A stretch of DNA of 37,397 nucleotides. Source: a virus. Position 1 is the stretch's first letter, and each line of letters begins with the position of its first letter. The notes beneath the pieces were generated by a model. The model was not told where the DNA came from and ran no database searches. It worked only from the letters and a program-made list of their open reading frames with translations. The position numbers were made by a program, and so were the translations under genes. Shown here piece after piece: positions 16,103 to 24,307 of the stretch. The stretch is taken from IMG/VR virus record IMGVR_UViG_3300035491_000235; one strand, 5' to 3'.

Positions 16103-16437
16103 CGCTGCAACTCCTCGCAATCGAGCACCGTCCAGCGCCCACGCTCCTCCCAATCGCTTACGCGACGGATGCGGAAGACGCGACTGCCGTAGGTGACCTC
16201 ATGGTCAGCTGTGAGCAAGGGGCGATGCCTGACGACGATGCGGTGGGTAATCTGGCTGCCAACCTGCTGCGACCCGATCCACGTCGCGCCGGAGACTGGC
16301 AGCAGCGCCGCCCATACGGTTACCGGCGCCAGGTGTTGCGCATCGAGGCCGGTGAAGGCGTCGGGCACGTCACTGCGCAGTGAGATAGATACCCGGTGCC
16401 GCAGCTGCCCCGCTCGGTAACCAGTTTGCGCAGCCAT
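16099..16437 (-). CDS. Head-tail adaptor / head closure protein (HK97 gp9 / SPP1 gp16-like)
   Basis: 112 aa with N-terminal AGQLRHRVSI pattern, positioned after the gp6-like connector. Confidence 0.65.
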   Translation of the reverse strand: MAAQTGYRAGQLRHRVSISLRSDVPDAFTGLDAQHLAPVTVWAALLPVSGATWIGSQQVGSQITHRIVVRHRPLLTADHEVTYGSRVFRIRRVSDWEERGRWTVLDCEELQR

Positions 16438-16439
16438 AG

Positions 16440-16772
16440 TCAGAACCTCTTCCGATACCAGAGCAGGCGCTCGAAGCCCAACGGAAGTGCGCTTGTAATG
16501 GTGCCGATGACCACGGCTTCACGGTTGGCATACCAGTGAGCAACCAGCAACAGCACGGCCTGCCAGACATCCGGGGTGAGTGCCATCTGGTCGGGCGTCG
16601 GCTCGACACCCGGCTCGGGCACCACCAAGGTGCGGTCACAGTGCTGCTCGACATGGGCCAACGCCGCTTCGACGTAGCCCTTGAGCAGCTCGTCCTCTTC
16701 GTCCGTATCGATGCGCGCCTGGAGCTTGAGCTTGTCGAGCAGTTCAGGCTGCGCGGCCCAGTCGATGATCAT
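16440..16772 (-). CDS. Head-tail connector protein (gp6-like, DNA-packaging QLRG-type family)
   Basis: 110 aa. LKLQARIDTDEEDELLKGYVEAALAHVEQHCDR is a typical N-terminal helix pattern of this family. Confidence 0.65.
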   Translation of the reverse strand: MIIDWAAQPELLDKLKLQARIDTDEEDELLKGYVEAALAHVEQHCDRTLVVPEPGVEPTPDQMALTPDVWQAVLLLVAHWYANREAVVIGTITSALPLGFERLLWYRKRF

Positions 16773-17167
16773 CAGGCTTCACCACCCGCTTCGGTGTTCA
16801 CCGGATTGGCGGCGTCGTCGGTATCGCTATGCGAAGCGTCAGCCGGGGCGGCGTTACCCTCTTGTACTGCACCAGTTGCATCAGGCGGCGGGACCAGTTG
16901 GGGCTGCACGGGCCCGGAAGGTTCGGTTTCCTTCGGCGCGGCAGGTTTGGTTTCCGTCGGCGCGGCGGGCTTGTTGATGCGCTGCGCGGCGGGCCTGGAT
17001 TTGGGCGGCGCTTCGTCAGCAACCTGCTGAGCCAGGCCTTTGCCGATTAGGGTGTGGGCATATTCGTCGTCGACGCCTTCGAGCACCTGCCCGGCTACCA
17101 CCTTGGCCGATGCCGCACCCAGCAGGCGGGCGTTACCGATGAAGCCCCATTGCGCTTTGATCTTCAT
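16772..17167 (-). CDS. Hypothetical head-module protein with a Pro/Ala-rich repetitive acidic tail
   Basis: 131 aa: about 50 aa of ordered N-terminus, then KPAAPTET/KPAAPKET repeats. These are encoded by a 24-bp x2 DNA repeat at 16925..16972. Follows the capsid terminator. Confidence 0.55.
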   Translation of the reverse strand: MKIKAQWGFIGNARLLGAASAKVVAGQVLEGVDDEYAHTLIGKGLAQQVADEAPPKSRPAAQRINKPAAPTETKPAAPKETEPSGPVQPQLVPPPDATGAVQEGNAAPADASHSDTDDAANPVNTEAGGEA

Positions 17168-17177
17168 ATCTGCTCCG

Positions 17178-17207
17178 GAAACAGAAAGGCCGGCTACGTG
17201 CCGGCCT
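17178..17207 (-). terminator. Rho-independent terminator (minus strand) after the major capsid gene
   Basis: An 8-bp stem AGGCCGGC/GCCGGCCT (17187..17194 and 17200..17207) with a 5-nt loop, followed on the minus strand by TTTCTGTTTCC. Confidence 0.7.
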
Positions 17208-17226
17208 CATATGGCGACGGGGAGGT

Positions 17227-18420
17227 TCAGGCGGTCGGGAACTGGCCCTTGACCAGCGCCTCGCGGCGGCGAACACCAAGGCCCAGACGCTCTTCCACGA
17301 GCAAGGCGCGCTCGTTCTTGATGAACTGATCGTTGATCAGGCCCATTTTGAACAGGAACGACATGCGGTCGAAGAGGATCGCGGCGCGCGCGAAGTTGGC
17401 CACCAGGAACTCGCCGCCAGTGGCGCCATCGCCCTCGTCCATGCTGTCGGAGGTGATGACCGGGCGACCCCAGAGCACCGGCGTAACCAGCCCCTGCAAG
17501 TTGGCGAACAGATAGCGGTTCTCGCCGTCCTTCTGCAGCTCGATGTTCATCCAATCGAGTTCGGTCATCACCAGGCCATCGGCCGACAGCTTGGACTGCT
17601 TGCGCACCTGGTAGATGCCGCGGCGCATGATGTCGATCGCGGTGTCGCCTGCCTTGGTCAGCGCGGCATCGTAGGTGGTGGCCTGGGTCATGAGGCCGTT
17701 GAGGTTCTCACCGGTACCGTCGCCCTTGAGGATCTGCGCCTCTTCCTCGAGCTTGAGGTCATAGCGCAGCAGCTCCTGGATGTAGCCGAACAGCTGCGGG
17801 ACGTCGTCCAGTGCTTCGTCGGTCACCGGCATCCACACCGCGATCTTCTTGATGCGGTCGGTGACCGTCTCGAACGTCACGTTGCTGGTCGGCTTCAGCG
17901 CTCCCTCAGCTACGGTCGCGGCGCCACGGGTATGCAGCAGTTCCTTGAAGTAGCTGTAGCTCTGGCCGCTGACCGGGATCGCGGTGAGCAGGTCGCGAAT
18001 GCGCAGCTCCTGCCGGAGACCGGGCTGGATGGTGGGATCGTAGTTCGGTACCACGAGGCCAGCGCTGGTGACCTTGGTTTCCTTCATGGTGGCCAGGTCG
18101 GACTTGGTCACCTCGATCTGCGCCAGACCGGTTTTCTGGCGATCCTTGTAGCTCTCGTCGCCCTTGACCATATCGATGAAGGATTTGCCTTCGCCCGGGT
18201 GGCCGCGCAGCTTGACGCCCTTCTGCTCGAGGTCCTGCACCTGGTCGATGACCTTCTGCAGTTCTCCCTTCTGTGTGTCGATCTGCTTTTTCAGGTCACC
18301 GGTGACCACGTTGCCTTTCTCGACCTCTGCGATGGCAGCGTCGTATTTCTTCTGCAGGCCCTCGAAGCCCTGCTTCAGTTGCTGCTCGAGGGATTCCTTC
18401 AGTTCTTTTACTTCGTTCAT
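17227..18420 (-). CDS. Major capsid protein, HK97 family
   Basis: 397 aa. A long coiled-coil delta-like N-terminus (about 100 aa) is followed by the HK97-fold region. Directly after the prohead protease, with an ATGA overlap. Confidence 0.85.
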   Translation of the reverse strand: MNEVKELKESLEQQLKQGFEGLQKKYDAAIAEVEKGNVVTGDLKKQIDTQKGELQKVIDQVQDLEQKGVKLRGHPGEGKSFIDMVKGDESYKDRQKTGLAQIEVTKSDLATMKETKVTSAGLVVPNYDPTIQPGLRQELRIRDLLTAIPVSGQSYSYFKELLHTRGAATVAEGALKPTSNVTFETVTDRIKKIAVWMPVTDEALDDVPQLFGYIQELLRYDLKLEEEAQILKGDGTGENLNGLMTQATTYDAALTKAGDTAIDIMRRGIYQVRKQSKLSADGLVMTELDWMNIELQKDGENRYLFANLQGLVTPVLWGRPVITSDSMDEGDGATGGEFLVANFARAAILFDRMSFLFKMGLINDQFIKNERALLVEERLGLGVRRREALVKGQFPTA

Positions 18421-19061
18421 GGCGATACTCCGAAATGGTGGGTGAACAGGTTGGAAAGGTCTTTCAGCTCATCCACGATCGCCGTGGCCTCGCTGCCGCC
18501 GTCACGGCGGAGCGCGGGGTAGCCGAGCGAAGCGACTGCGGCCGCTTCCTTTTGCGAGAGCCCCATGCGTTCGCGCAGGGCGTTCTCGAATAGCCGGATG
18601 TCCGACTTGACGCTGAGCACCTGGGCTTCAGGGTTCATGCCGAAGGGCACGAACGACGCCTCCCAGAGTTCAGCGGATTTGATGACGCGGACATTGCGGC
18701 CGGCGCGCTGCTGGTAGTCCGCCTCCAGCGTGTTGAAGCCGATGGACATGCTGTCCAGCGAGCCGTCCTTCATCAGCTCGTAGGCGTCGCGCGCATAGCT
18801 AACCGCGAGATTCACGCGACCCTTGAGGTACAGACCGTGCTCGTCCTGGCTGAACTCGGACGTGCCAACCAGCCGGGTCAGGTCGTGATACAGGGCCAGC
18901 TTCAGGCGACCGTTGCGCGCAGTTTTCACTCGGGTGAAGGCACCCTGCAGGATGACGTCGTCGCCCAGGTCGACGTTGTCGAACACCGCGGCGTAACCCT
19001 CGAAGTTGCCGGCGTCGTCGGCTGCCTTCACCTCGAACGGGCAATCAAGTTTGGTCAGCAT
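18417..19061 (-). CDS. Prohead maturation protease, HK97 family (S78)
   Basis: N-terminal FEGYAAVFDNVDLGDDVILQGAF and ...DSMSIGF... motifs. Lies between the portal and capsid genes. Confidence 0.85.
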   Translation of the reverse strand: MLTKLDCPFEVKAADDAGNFEGYAAVFDNVDLGDDVILQGAFTRVKTARNGRLKLALYHDLTRLVGTSEFSQDEHGLYLKGRVNLAVSYARDAYELMKDGSLDSMSIGFNTLEADYQQRAGRNVRVIKSAELWEASFVPFGMNPEAQVLSVKSDIRLFENALRERMGLSQKEAAAVASLGYPALRRDGGSEATAIVDELKDLSNLFTHHFGVSP

Positions 19062-20262
19062 TGGTTTTTATCTCCCATCGGGTGACCTGGTTGTATTGCT
19101 CGCCCTCGAGCGGCGGCAGGTTTTCTTTGCGGCGCACTTCGTTGATGGTCATCCAGCCCGAGCCACCAGAGCCGCCCAGGGCGGCGGCGAACAGCGTGGC
19201 TCGGCCGGCGCTGTCGGCGCGCTGCAGACCTTCGAGCACGAACTCTACAAAGCGCCCGCTGCCACCGAAGAGCTTGTCGTTGAGCTCGTCCTCGACGGCG
19301 TCGGCATATGGCTTAAGGCCGAAGGTGACGTAGCCGATCAGCTGCTGCTCGAGGTTCGAGCCCATGATCGAGGTCTTGCCCGCGCGGTTGGCGAGCCAGA
19401 GCGGCACGCCGTAGATGCCCGCGAGCGCTTCCTCTTGGAACTGCTGCGATTCGATGAACTGGGCGTCTTTCTGGCTCAACCCCGCGGGAACGATCTTGGG
19501 GTTGCCTTGGAGGATGGCCATCTTCCCGATGTCATCAGCATCGCCTTCGCGGACGTCCGGGAACTTGGCCAGGATCTGCTTCTGCTGAGCATCTGTCAGG
19601 AACTGCTCGTAGATGACATAGCCGCCGGTAAAGCCGCCCTTGCGCATGAAGCGCGATGACCACTGCTGGCCCGCCTTGGCCAGGCCCATGGTTTCGGCCT
19701 GGTACTCGATGGGCGACATCCCGACGAGGCCATCCAGGCTGAATATCTTGAAGTGCAGCATGTTCTCCGGCGATACCGGAAAGCGCGCTCCGTCCTTGGG
19801 TTGCACCCAGTAGAGCAAGTCTTCATCGGTGTCGATGGTGACCGAGTCGATGCTCAGCGGGACTAGGCCGATAGGGTCACCGTTGCGGTTGCGCTCGATC
19901 AGGGCGAACGCATTGCCGCGCAGCGCCATGTTCACGACGACGAACTTGAGGAAGTTCAGCATCGTCATGAAAGGGTTCGGCTTGCGCAGCAGCTTCTGCG
20001 ACCGGTCCGTCCCGGCGACCAGCCGACGCTCGCCATCCGCATCCTCGTACAGCTTGAGCGGCAGGCCGCTCAGCGACTCGGAAAGGATCTTCACGCACGA
20101 CCAGACCATGCTGATCGACAGCGCAACCGTAGTGGTGACACGAACGCCGGCCTTGGTGCTCTTGCCGCCGACCTCCATATCCACTTCGACGAAGTCACCA
20201 GTGGCCGGGTCGGAATAACCAAACATCCGCCAGGTGCGCGGGTTGTACCAACGAAAGGTCAT
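19045..20262 (-). CDS. Portal protein, HK97 family
   Basis: 405 aa, positioned after TerL. Typical portal pattern is present (VWSCVKILSESLSGLPLKLY...). Confidence 0.85.
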   Translation of the reverse strand: MTFRWYNPRTWRMFGYSDPATGDFVEVDMEVGGKSTKAGVRVTTTVALSISMVWSCVKILSESLSGLPLKLYEDADGERRLVAGTDRSQKLLRKPNPFMTMLNFLKFVVVNMALRGNAFALIERNRNGDPIGLVPLSIDSVTIDTDEDLLYWVQPKDGARFPVSPENMLHFKIFSLDGLVGMSPIEYQAETMGLAKAGQQWSSRFMRKGGFTGGYVIYEQFLTDAQQKQILAKFPDVREGDADDIGKMAILQGNPKIVPAGLSQKDAQFIESQQFQEEALAGIYGVPLWLANRAGKTSIMGSNLEQQLIGYVTFGLKPYADAVEDELNDKLFGGSGRFVEFVLEGLQRADSAGRATLFAAALGGSGGSGWMTINEVRRKENLPPLEGEQYNQVTRWEIKTNADQT

Positions 20263-20264
20263 GG

Positions 20265-21944
20265 TCAGCCTATGAGTCCGAAGAAGCCGTTGTTGAGGTA
20301 GTCGTCCATGCCGCCCAGCGCGGGCGGGTTGGCAGCCATCAGCGATACCGCGTTGAAGAGGGCCATGAGCGGGTCAATCTTTGCCGTGCCGCTCGCCTGC
20401 TTGGTGATCAGGATGGAGTTCGCCCTGGGCTCGACCTTGGCGTTGCCGCAGCACCAGTCCATCAGCGGCTGAGCGGCGTGATGCAGCCCGCCTTCAGCGA
20501 GCTTGCGCTCGGTGGTCTTGATCGCGCCGCCCATGCGCCAACCCTGGCTGACGCCGACGACCTTTTCCGGATCGATGCCCATGCCGACCAGCGCTTCGAG
20601 AATGGCCCCGATGCCGGCCGGGTCGAGCCCGGCCTCGTGCAGCAGCCCGGCCTGGTCGATCTGGAATACGATCGAAGCGACCTCGGCGACGTCCTCACCG
20701 ATGTGCTCGACCAGCACCAGGTCGCCGGACTTGGCGAAGTCGAGCAGCCGCGGCGCAATTTCCTTGCGCCGCTGCAGCACGGACGGGTGCGCCCATGCCC
20801 GACACCAGACGAGCCAGCGCCGCGACTCTCGTTCGCGGCCGACCACTGCCAGGCCAAGCAGGTCATCAAGCCCGCCGCCATCGATGCCGACGGTGACGAC
20901 CTCGCAGCGCTCGAGGATGCTGTCGAGGGAGATACCCGGGCGCGCCATGGCCTCCCAGTATTCGGCGCCAGCCCAGTTGTCCGAGCGCAGGGCGAGGCCG
21001 ATCTCGACGTTCAGGTGCTTGGCCAGGAACTGCTGGAAGCTGCCGTCGGTATTTTGCTGGTTGCGCCGTAACTGATCTTCCAGCCATTCCCGACTCACCG
21101 AACGCCCCAGGTTGGGGTTGGTGATGTGGAAATTCTCCGGCAGCAGGTAGGCCTTGCTGGCCAGCAGCTCGGGCGGAAACTCGTACAGAATGCCCAGCGA
21201 GCGTGGGTCGTGGATCTTGCCGTCACGCACACCACGGTGGTAGAGCAACTTTTCGCGGAACACGCCGGCGGGCGGCTCGTCGCTCTGGGTGGTCAGAAAG
21301 ATCACCCAGCCCTCGGGGCGCGACACCTGCCCACCCAACGCCTCCATCAGCATGGCCGATGCGTTGGCCTTCTTGCCCAGCAACCACAGCTCGTCGACCA
21401 GGATGCGCCCGGCCTTCTTGCCGGACACGGTATCGGTATCCGCCGCGACAACCTTCAGACTCGCCTTCGTCACCCGATGGGTGATGGTCCGGACATGGTC
21501 CTGGACGTGGAACAGCGCGGCCAGCTCCGGGTCCGCCCGGATCATGCCGGCGGCGGGTTTGAAGCTGTTGTCCGCCACCTCTTTGGTTGGCGCCAGGATC
21601 AGGTGCTCTTCGTCCTCACGCCAGCAGAGGATGACGGCGGTGATCATGATGCCCGCGGCAACCGTCGACTTCGTGTTCTTCTTGCTGATCAGCATCATGT
21701 ATTCGCGGATCAGCTGTTGCCCTGTCTCGGCATCGTAGGCACCGAAGACGGCGGCAACGAAGTCGAACACCCACTGGTCACTGCACTCGCCGAAGGTAGG
21801 CTTACCAGGCAAGTCGACTACGCGCAGTTCCTTGAAAATGCTTAGCGCCTGCTCGGCCTGAGCCGGGTAGATCGGCGCCGGGATGATGCTTTGCCCAGCC
21901 ACGAGCCGATCTGCCCAGTCAGGGCACGCAGTCTGCCATTGCAT
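20265..21944 (-). CDS. terL: Terminase large subunit
   Basis: 559 aa. Walker A-like region (ISKKNTKST) and Walker B (RILVDELW). The C-terminal nuclease region contains VGIDGGGLDDL. Confidence 0.85.
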   Translation of the reverse strand: MQWQTACPDWADRLVAGQSIIPAPIYPAQAEQALSIFKELRVVDLPGKPTFGECSDQWVFDFVAAVFGAYDAETGQQLIREYMMLISKKNTKSTVAAGIMITAVILCWREDEEHLILAPTKEVADNSFKPAAGMIRADPELAALFHVQDHVRTITHRVTKASLKVVAADTDTVSGKKAGRILVDELWLLGKKANASAMLMEALGGQVSRPEGWVIFLTTQSDEPPAGVFREKLLYHRGVRDGKIHDPRSLGILYEFPPELLASKAYLLPENFHITNPNLGRSVSREWLEDQLRRNQQNTDGSFQQFLAKHLNVEIGLALRSDNWAGAEYWEAMARPGISLDSILERCEVVTVGIDGGGLDDLLGLAVVGRERESRRWLVWCRAWAHPSVLQRRKEIAPRLLDFAKSGDLVLVEHIGEDVAEVASIVFQIDQAGLLHEAGLDPAGIGAILEALVGMGIDPEKVVGVSQGWRMGGAIKTTERKLAEGGLHHAAQPLMDWCCGNAKVEPRANSILITKQASGTAKIDPLMALFNAVSLMAANPPALGGMDDYLNNGFFGLIG

Positions 21945-21945
21945 T

Positions 21946-22404
21946 TCAGTTCACCAGTTTGAGTTGCCTCGACGGCGGCGCAGCTGGCGCGAAGCGGCCA
22001 GTCGCAACCGACTCGGCGGCATTAGCCTGCTGCTCTTTCTTACCGGACTCACCGCGCTTCTGGTGCTCGAAGGGGAGCAGCGCGACGGCTGCCTGGATAC
22101 GTGTCTTCGGATCCAGGCGCCGATCGTTCATGGCGTGGCGAAGCAGGTCCTTCGGGTCCTCGAAGAACTCATCCCCGAGCTGTACGTCTGGAGGGAGCGC
22201 ATCACGGCCAGCCGCTGGTTTCGCTTCCGACTCCAGGTGTTTGAGGCGAGCCAGGTGAGCAAGCACGTTCGGGTGCTTCTCCAACCGGGAACCGGCCTGC
22301 GATGCGGATCGGGCGGGGCAGCCGGCCGCCAATGCCGAGTCCCTGATGGATGCACCTGACATCCGGGCTTCGGCATACTTGCGCTGCTGTTCAGTTAACG
22401 CCAT
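21946..22404 (-). CDS. terS: Terminase small subunit (P27-type)
   Basis: 152 aa with an N-terminal HTH-like segment (TEQQRKYAEARMSGASIRDSALAAG). Immediately upstream of TerL. Confidence 0.7.
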   Translation of the reverse strand: MALTEQQRKYAEARMSGASIRDSALAAGCPARSASQAGSRLEKHPNVLAHLARLKHLESEAKPAAGRDALPPDVQLGDEFFEDPKDLLRHAMNDRRLDPKTRIQAAVALLPFEHQKRGESGKKEQQANAAESVATGRFAPAAPPSRQLKLVN

Positions 22405-22499
22405 GCCTTAACCAAATCCGTTAAAGGGGATTAATTTCACGCGTGGGAGGGGGCGAGGTTTCCGCTACCGGCTCGCCCAATATTTTTGCCCGCCCCCGG
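22405..22499. other. Candidate cos / packaging-recognition region
   Basis: Non-coding gap between HNH and TerS. An AT-rich stretch is followed by GGGAGGGGGCGAGG, a hairpin (22451..22457 with 22472..22478) and GCCCGCCCCCGG. Position is analogous to cos of HNH-dependent HK97-like phages. Termini cannot be read from the sequence. Confidence 0.25.
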
Positions 22500-22811
22500 T
22501 CAGCGCATGCCCTGCAGGTCGGACTCAGTCTTCCGTCGATGACAGCCGATCTCGCTTCCGTCCGGGCTGTCGACGCACAGGATCTGGCAGTTCGCCTCGA
22601 CATCCTCACCGCCCATACCGAGCGGCACCTTGTGGTCAAGCTCGAAGCCACCAGGGAACAACACCCATCGCCCGCATTCTGCGCAGTGCGGGTTGGCCAG
22701 CCACATCTCCAGTCGCCTCGACTGCAGTCGTCGACCAGTAATTCGCCGATCAGCCACAACACGCGCCACCGGCCCGCTCGCCTTCGCCATCTTCAGGCCA
22801 GACCCACGCAT
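22500..22811 (-). CDS. HNH endonuclease (packaging-associated)
   Basis: CAECGR...ELDHKVPLGMGGEDVEANCQILC...CHRRKT is an HNH/zinc-finger motif. Start is ATG 22811 or 22790 (uncertain). Adjacent to terS. Confidence 0.8.
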   Translation of the reverse strand: MRGSGLKMAKASGPVARVVADRRITGRRLQSRRLEMWLANPHCAECGRWVLFPGGFELDHKVPLGMGGEDVEANCQILCVDSPDGSEIGCHRRKTESDLQGMR

Positions 22812-22824
22812 CTTCAGGCGAGGC

Positions 22825-23178
22825 TTATTCACGGTGATCACTCTGACTACCGACACCGGAAGCGCCGCCAATCCCAGCCCTACGCTTCAACCACTGCTCA
22901 TACAAGCTGCTGGCCATGTCCGCGCCCATCGTCGCGATCACGCAGCCGATGGGCACGGCCACCAGCATCTGGCTACCCATGCCCAGCAGCAGCAGGAACG
23001 TCGCCATGCCGAACACTGCCGAAGCACCGGCCCGCAATACGATCCGCTTGATCAACGCCCAGCCGCTCAGCCCAGCCTTATCGCCGCGCCACATTTCACC
23101 GCTCAGCGCAGCCAGGACGAAGCCCAGGATCACAGTCCAAAGCGGCGCATCCGCCAGCGTCTGATGGTTGTCGCTCAT
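22825..23178 (-). CDS. Holin (three predicted TMDs)
   Basis: Track ORF trimmed to ATG 23178 (GAGGcgatccgcATG). 117 aa with TMDs LWTVILGFVLAALSG, AGASAVFGMATFLLLLG and MLVAVPIGCVIATMG, plus a charged C-terminus. First gene after the late terminators. Confidence 0.65.
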   Translation of the reverse strand: MSDNHQTLADAPLWTVILGFVLAALSGEMWRGDKAGLSGWALIKRIVLRAGASAVFGMATFLLLLGMGSQMLVAVPIGCVIATMGADMASSLYEQWLKRRAGIGGASGVGSQSDHRE

Positions 23179-23191
23179 GCGGATCGCCTCG

Positions 23192-23216
23192 AATAAAAGG
23201 CCCGGCGAAACCGGGC
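23192..23216 (-). terminator. Terminator-like hairpin (minus strand) just upstream of the holin
   Basis: Minus strand reads GCCCGG-tttcg-CCGGGC followed by CTTTTATT. Confidence 0.5.
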
Positions 23217-23242
23217 AAAGCAGCACGCCGTGGTTCGTGCAT

Positions 23243-23280
23243 ACAGAAAAGACAAAGCCCCGCACAATGGCGGGGCTTTG
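23243..23280 (-). terminator. Strong rho-independent terminator (minus strand) between the Q-like gene and the late genes
   Basis: An 11-bp stem CAAAGCCCCGC/GCGGGGCTTTG (23253..23263 and 23270..23280) with a 6-nt loop, followed on the minus strand by TCTTTTCTGT. Confidence 0.8.
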
Positions 23281-23429
23281 AGAGGTGACCGGCAGGGGAA
23301 CCGGCCTTTGCCTGACACAGCAAGTTAGGCTCGTTTCGGTCATCGCCTTGGCGCTGCTCTGACCTGTTATGCGCTTTGTACCCCCCGACTGCGGCGGCGT
23401 AAACGGTGAGTTAACGCCACCCGGCAATG

Positions 23430-23463
23430 TTCCGGTTATCTACTGCTTATCTTCCGGTTATCT
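23430..23463 (-). promoter_or_regulatory. Two identical 12-bp direct repeats, 22 bp apart, just downstream of the Q-like gene. Candidate late-promoter / Q-loading element.
   Basis: TTCCGGTTATCT occurs at 23430..23441 and 23452..23463 (plus-strand spelling). The repeats lie between the Q-like stop (23486) and the strong terminator. Confidence 0.35.
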
Positions 23464-23485
23464 CCCGCCAATGTGGCCCAAGGAA

Positions 23486-23977
23486 TTAAGCCACGTAACG
23501 CCCGCCATGCACCCGCTGCATCCGGCGGCGGCATTCCAGCTCCGCCCTCACTCGCTCGTGCAGCTGCTGCACACGCTCGTGATAGGTCCGTTCCGACCCG
23601 ATCCGCACCCGCCGCATCTGCTGCTTAATCGTCGGGATCGGGTCAGGCAGGTAACGCACCATCGCCAGCTTCACCAGCTGCGTCTCCAGGCAGAACGGCG
23701 GGCGAGTCGTGTTCCCAGCCTGCCGCCACGCCTTAGCCAGCTTGCGGTCCTGCACCAGCCCCGCCTGCTTGAGCGTCCCGATGGCCGCATCCACCTCCTC
23801 GGCAACCTGATCGACCGCGCCCGCCAGCCCCATCGAGCCGCGACCAGAAGAGGGGATCATCCCGCCGTACTGCATCGCCGCGGCCAGCGGTGACGAACCC
23901 GACGCACCTGGCGAACCCAGCCCGCCACGGCACCGCTCTCCCCAGTACTGCAGCAACGCCTCCACTGCCTCAATCAC
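23486..23977 (-). CDS. Late-gene antiterminator, Q-like (phage antitermination Q type-2-like)
   Basis: GTG 23977 is preceded by GGGGAGG. N-terminal AVEALLQYWGERCR resembles the LERWGAW signature of 82/QuuD-type Q proteins. Positioned between the replication genes and a terminator-guarded late operon. Confidence 0.5.
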   Translation of the reverse strand: MIEAVEALLQYWGERCRGGLGSPGASGSSPLAAAMQYGGMIPSSGRGSMGLAGAVDQVAEEVDAAIGTLKQAGLVQDRKLAKAWRQAGNTTRPPFCLETQLVKLAMVRYLPDPIPTIKQQMRRVRIGSERTYHERVQQLHERVRAELECRRRMQRVHGGRYVA

Positions 23978-23999
23978 GGCCCACCTCCCCTGCAACGCC

Positions 24000-24294
24000 A
24001 ACCCAACACAAAAAGTCCAAACCCAACACAAACCCAACACACTTAAAACCCTTATAAATCAATGCCTTCAAAGCAACTGTGTCGGGTGTGTTGGGTTTGT
24101 TGGGTTTTTCAGCCCTCGCGTAAGAAAAATTACGCACCACCCTCAAACCAACCAGCCGGCACACCGCATGCACGCGTGCGCGCGCGGCAAACCCAACACA
24201 CCCCGCACACCGGCCGCAAAGCCCCGCCGTTACTGGCTCGCAGCTGTGCGGGGTCGCAAAACCAAACCCGACACAACCCAACACACCCGACACA
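24000..24294. repeat. Iteron array, putative origin of replication
   Basis: The motif AACCCAACACA occurs at 24000..24010, 24020..24030, 24031..24041, 24190..24200 and 24275..24285. The variant ACCCGACACA occurs at 24265..24275 and 24285..24294. Inverted copies lie at 24078..24088, 24087..24097 and 24098..24106. An AT-rich patch (24042..24075) sits between the direct and inverted clusters, and the palindrome GCACGCGTGC is at 24170..24179. Confidence 0.6.
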
Positions 24295-24307
24295 CCATCG
24301 CGCGCAC

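Noticed and set aside
24000-24294. The short repeats could be a CRISPR array.
   Set aside because: The repeats are only 10-11 bp, irregularly spaced, adjacent or overlapping in places, and present in both orientations. No cas genes are present.
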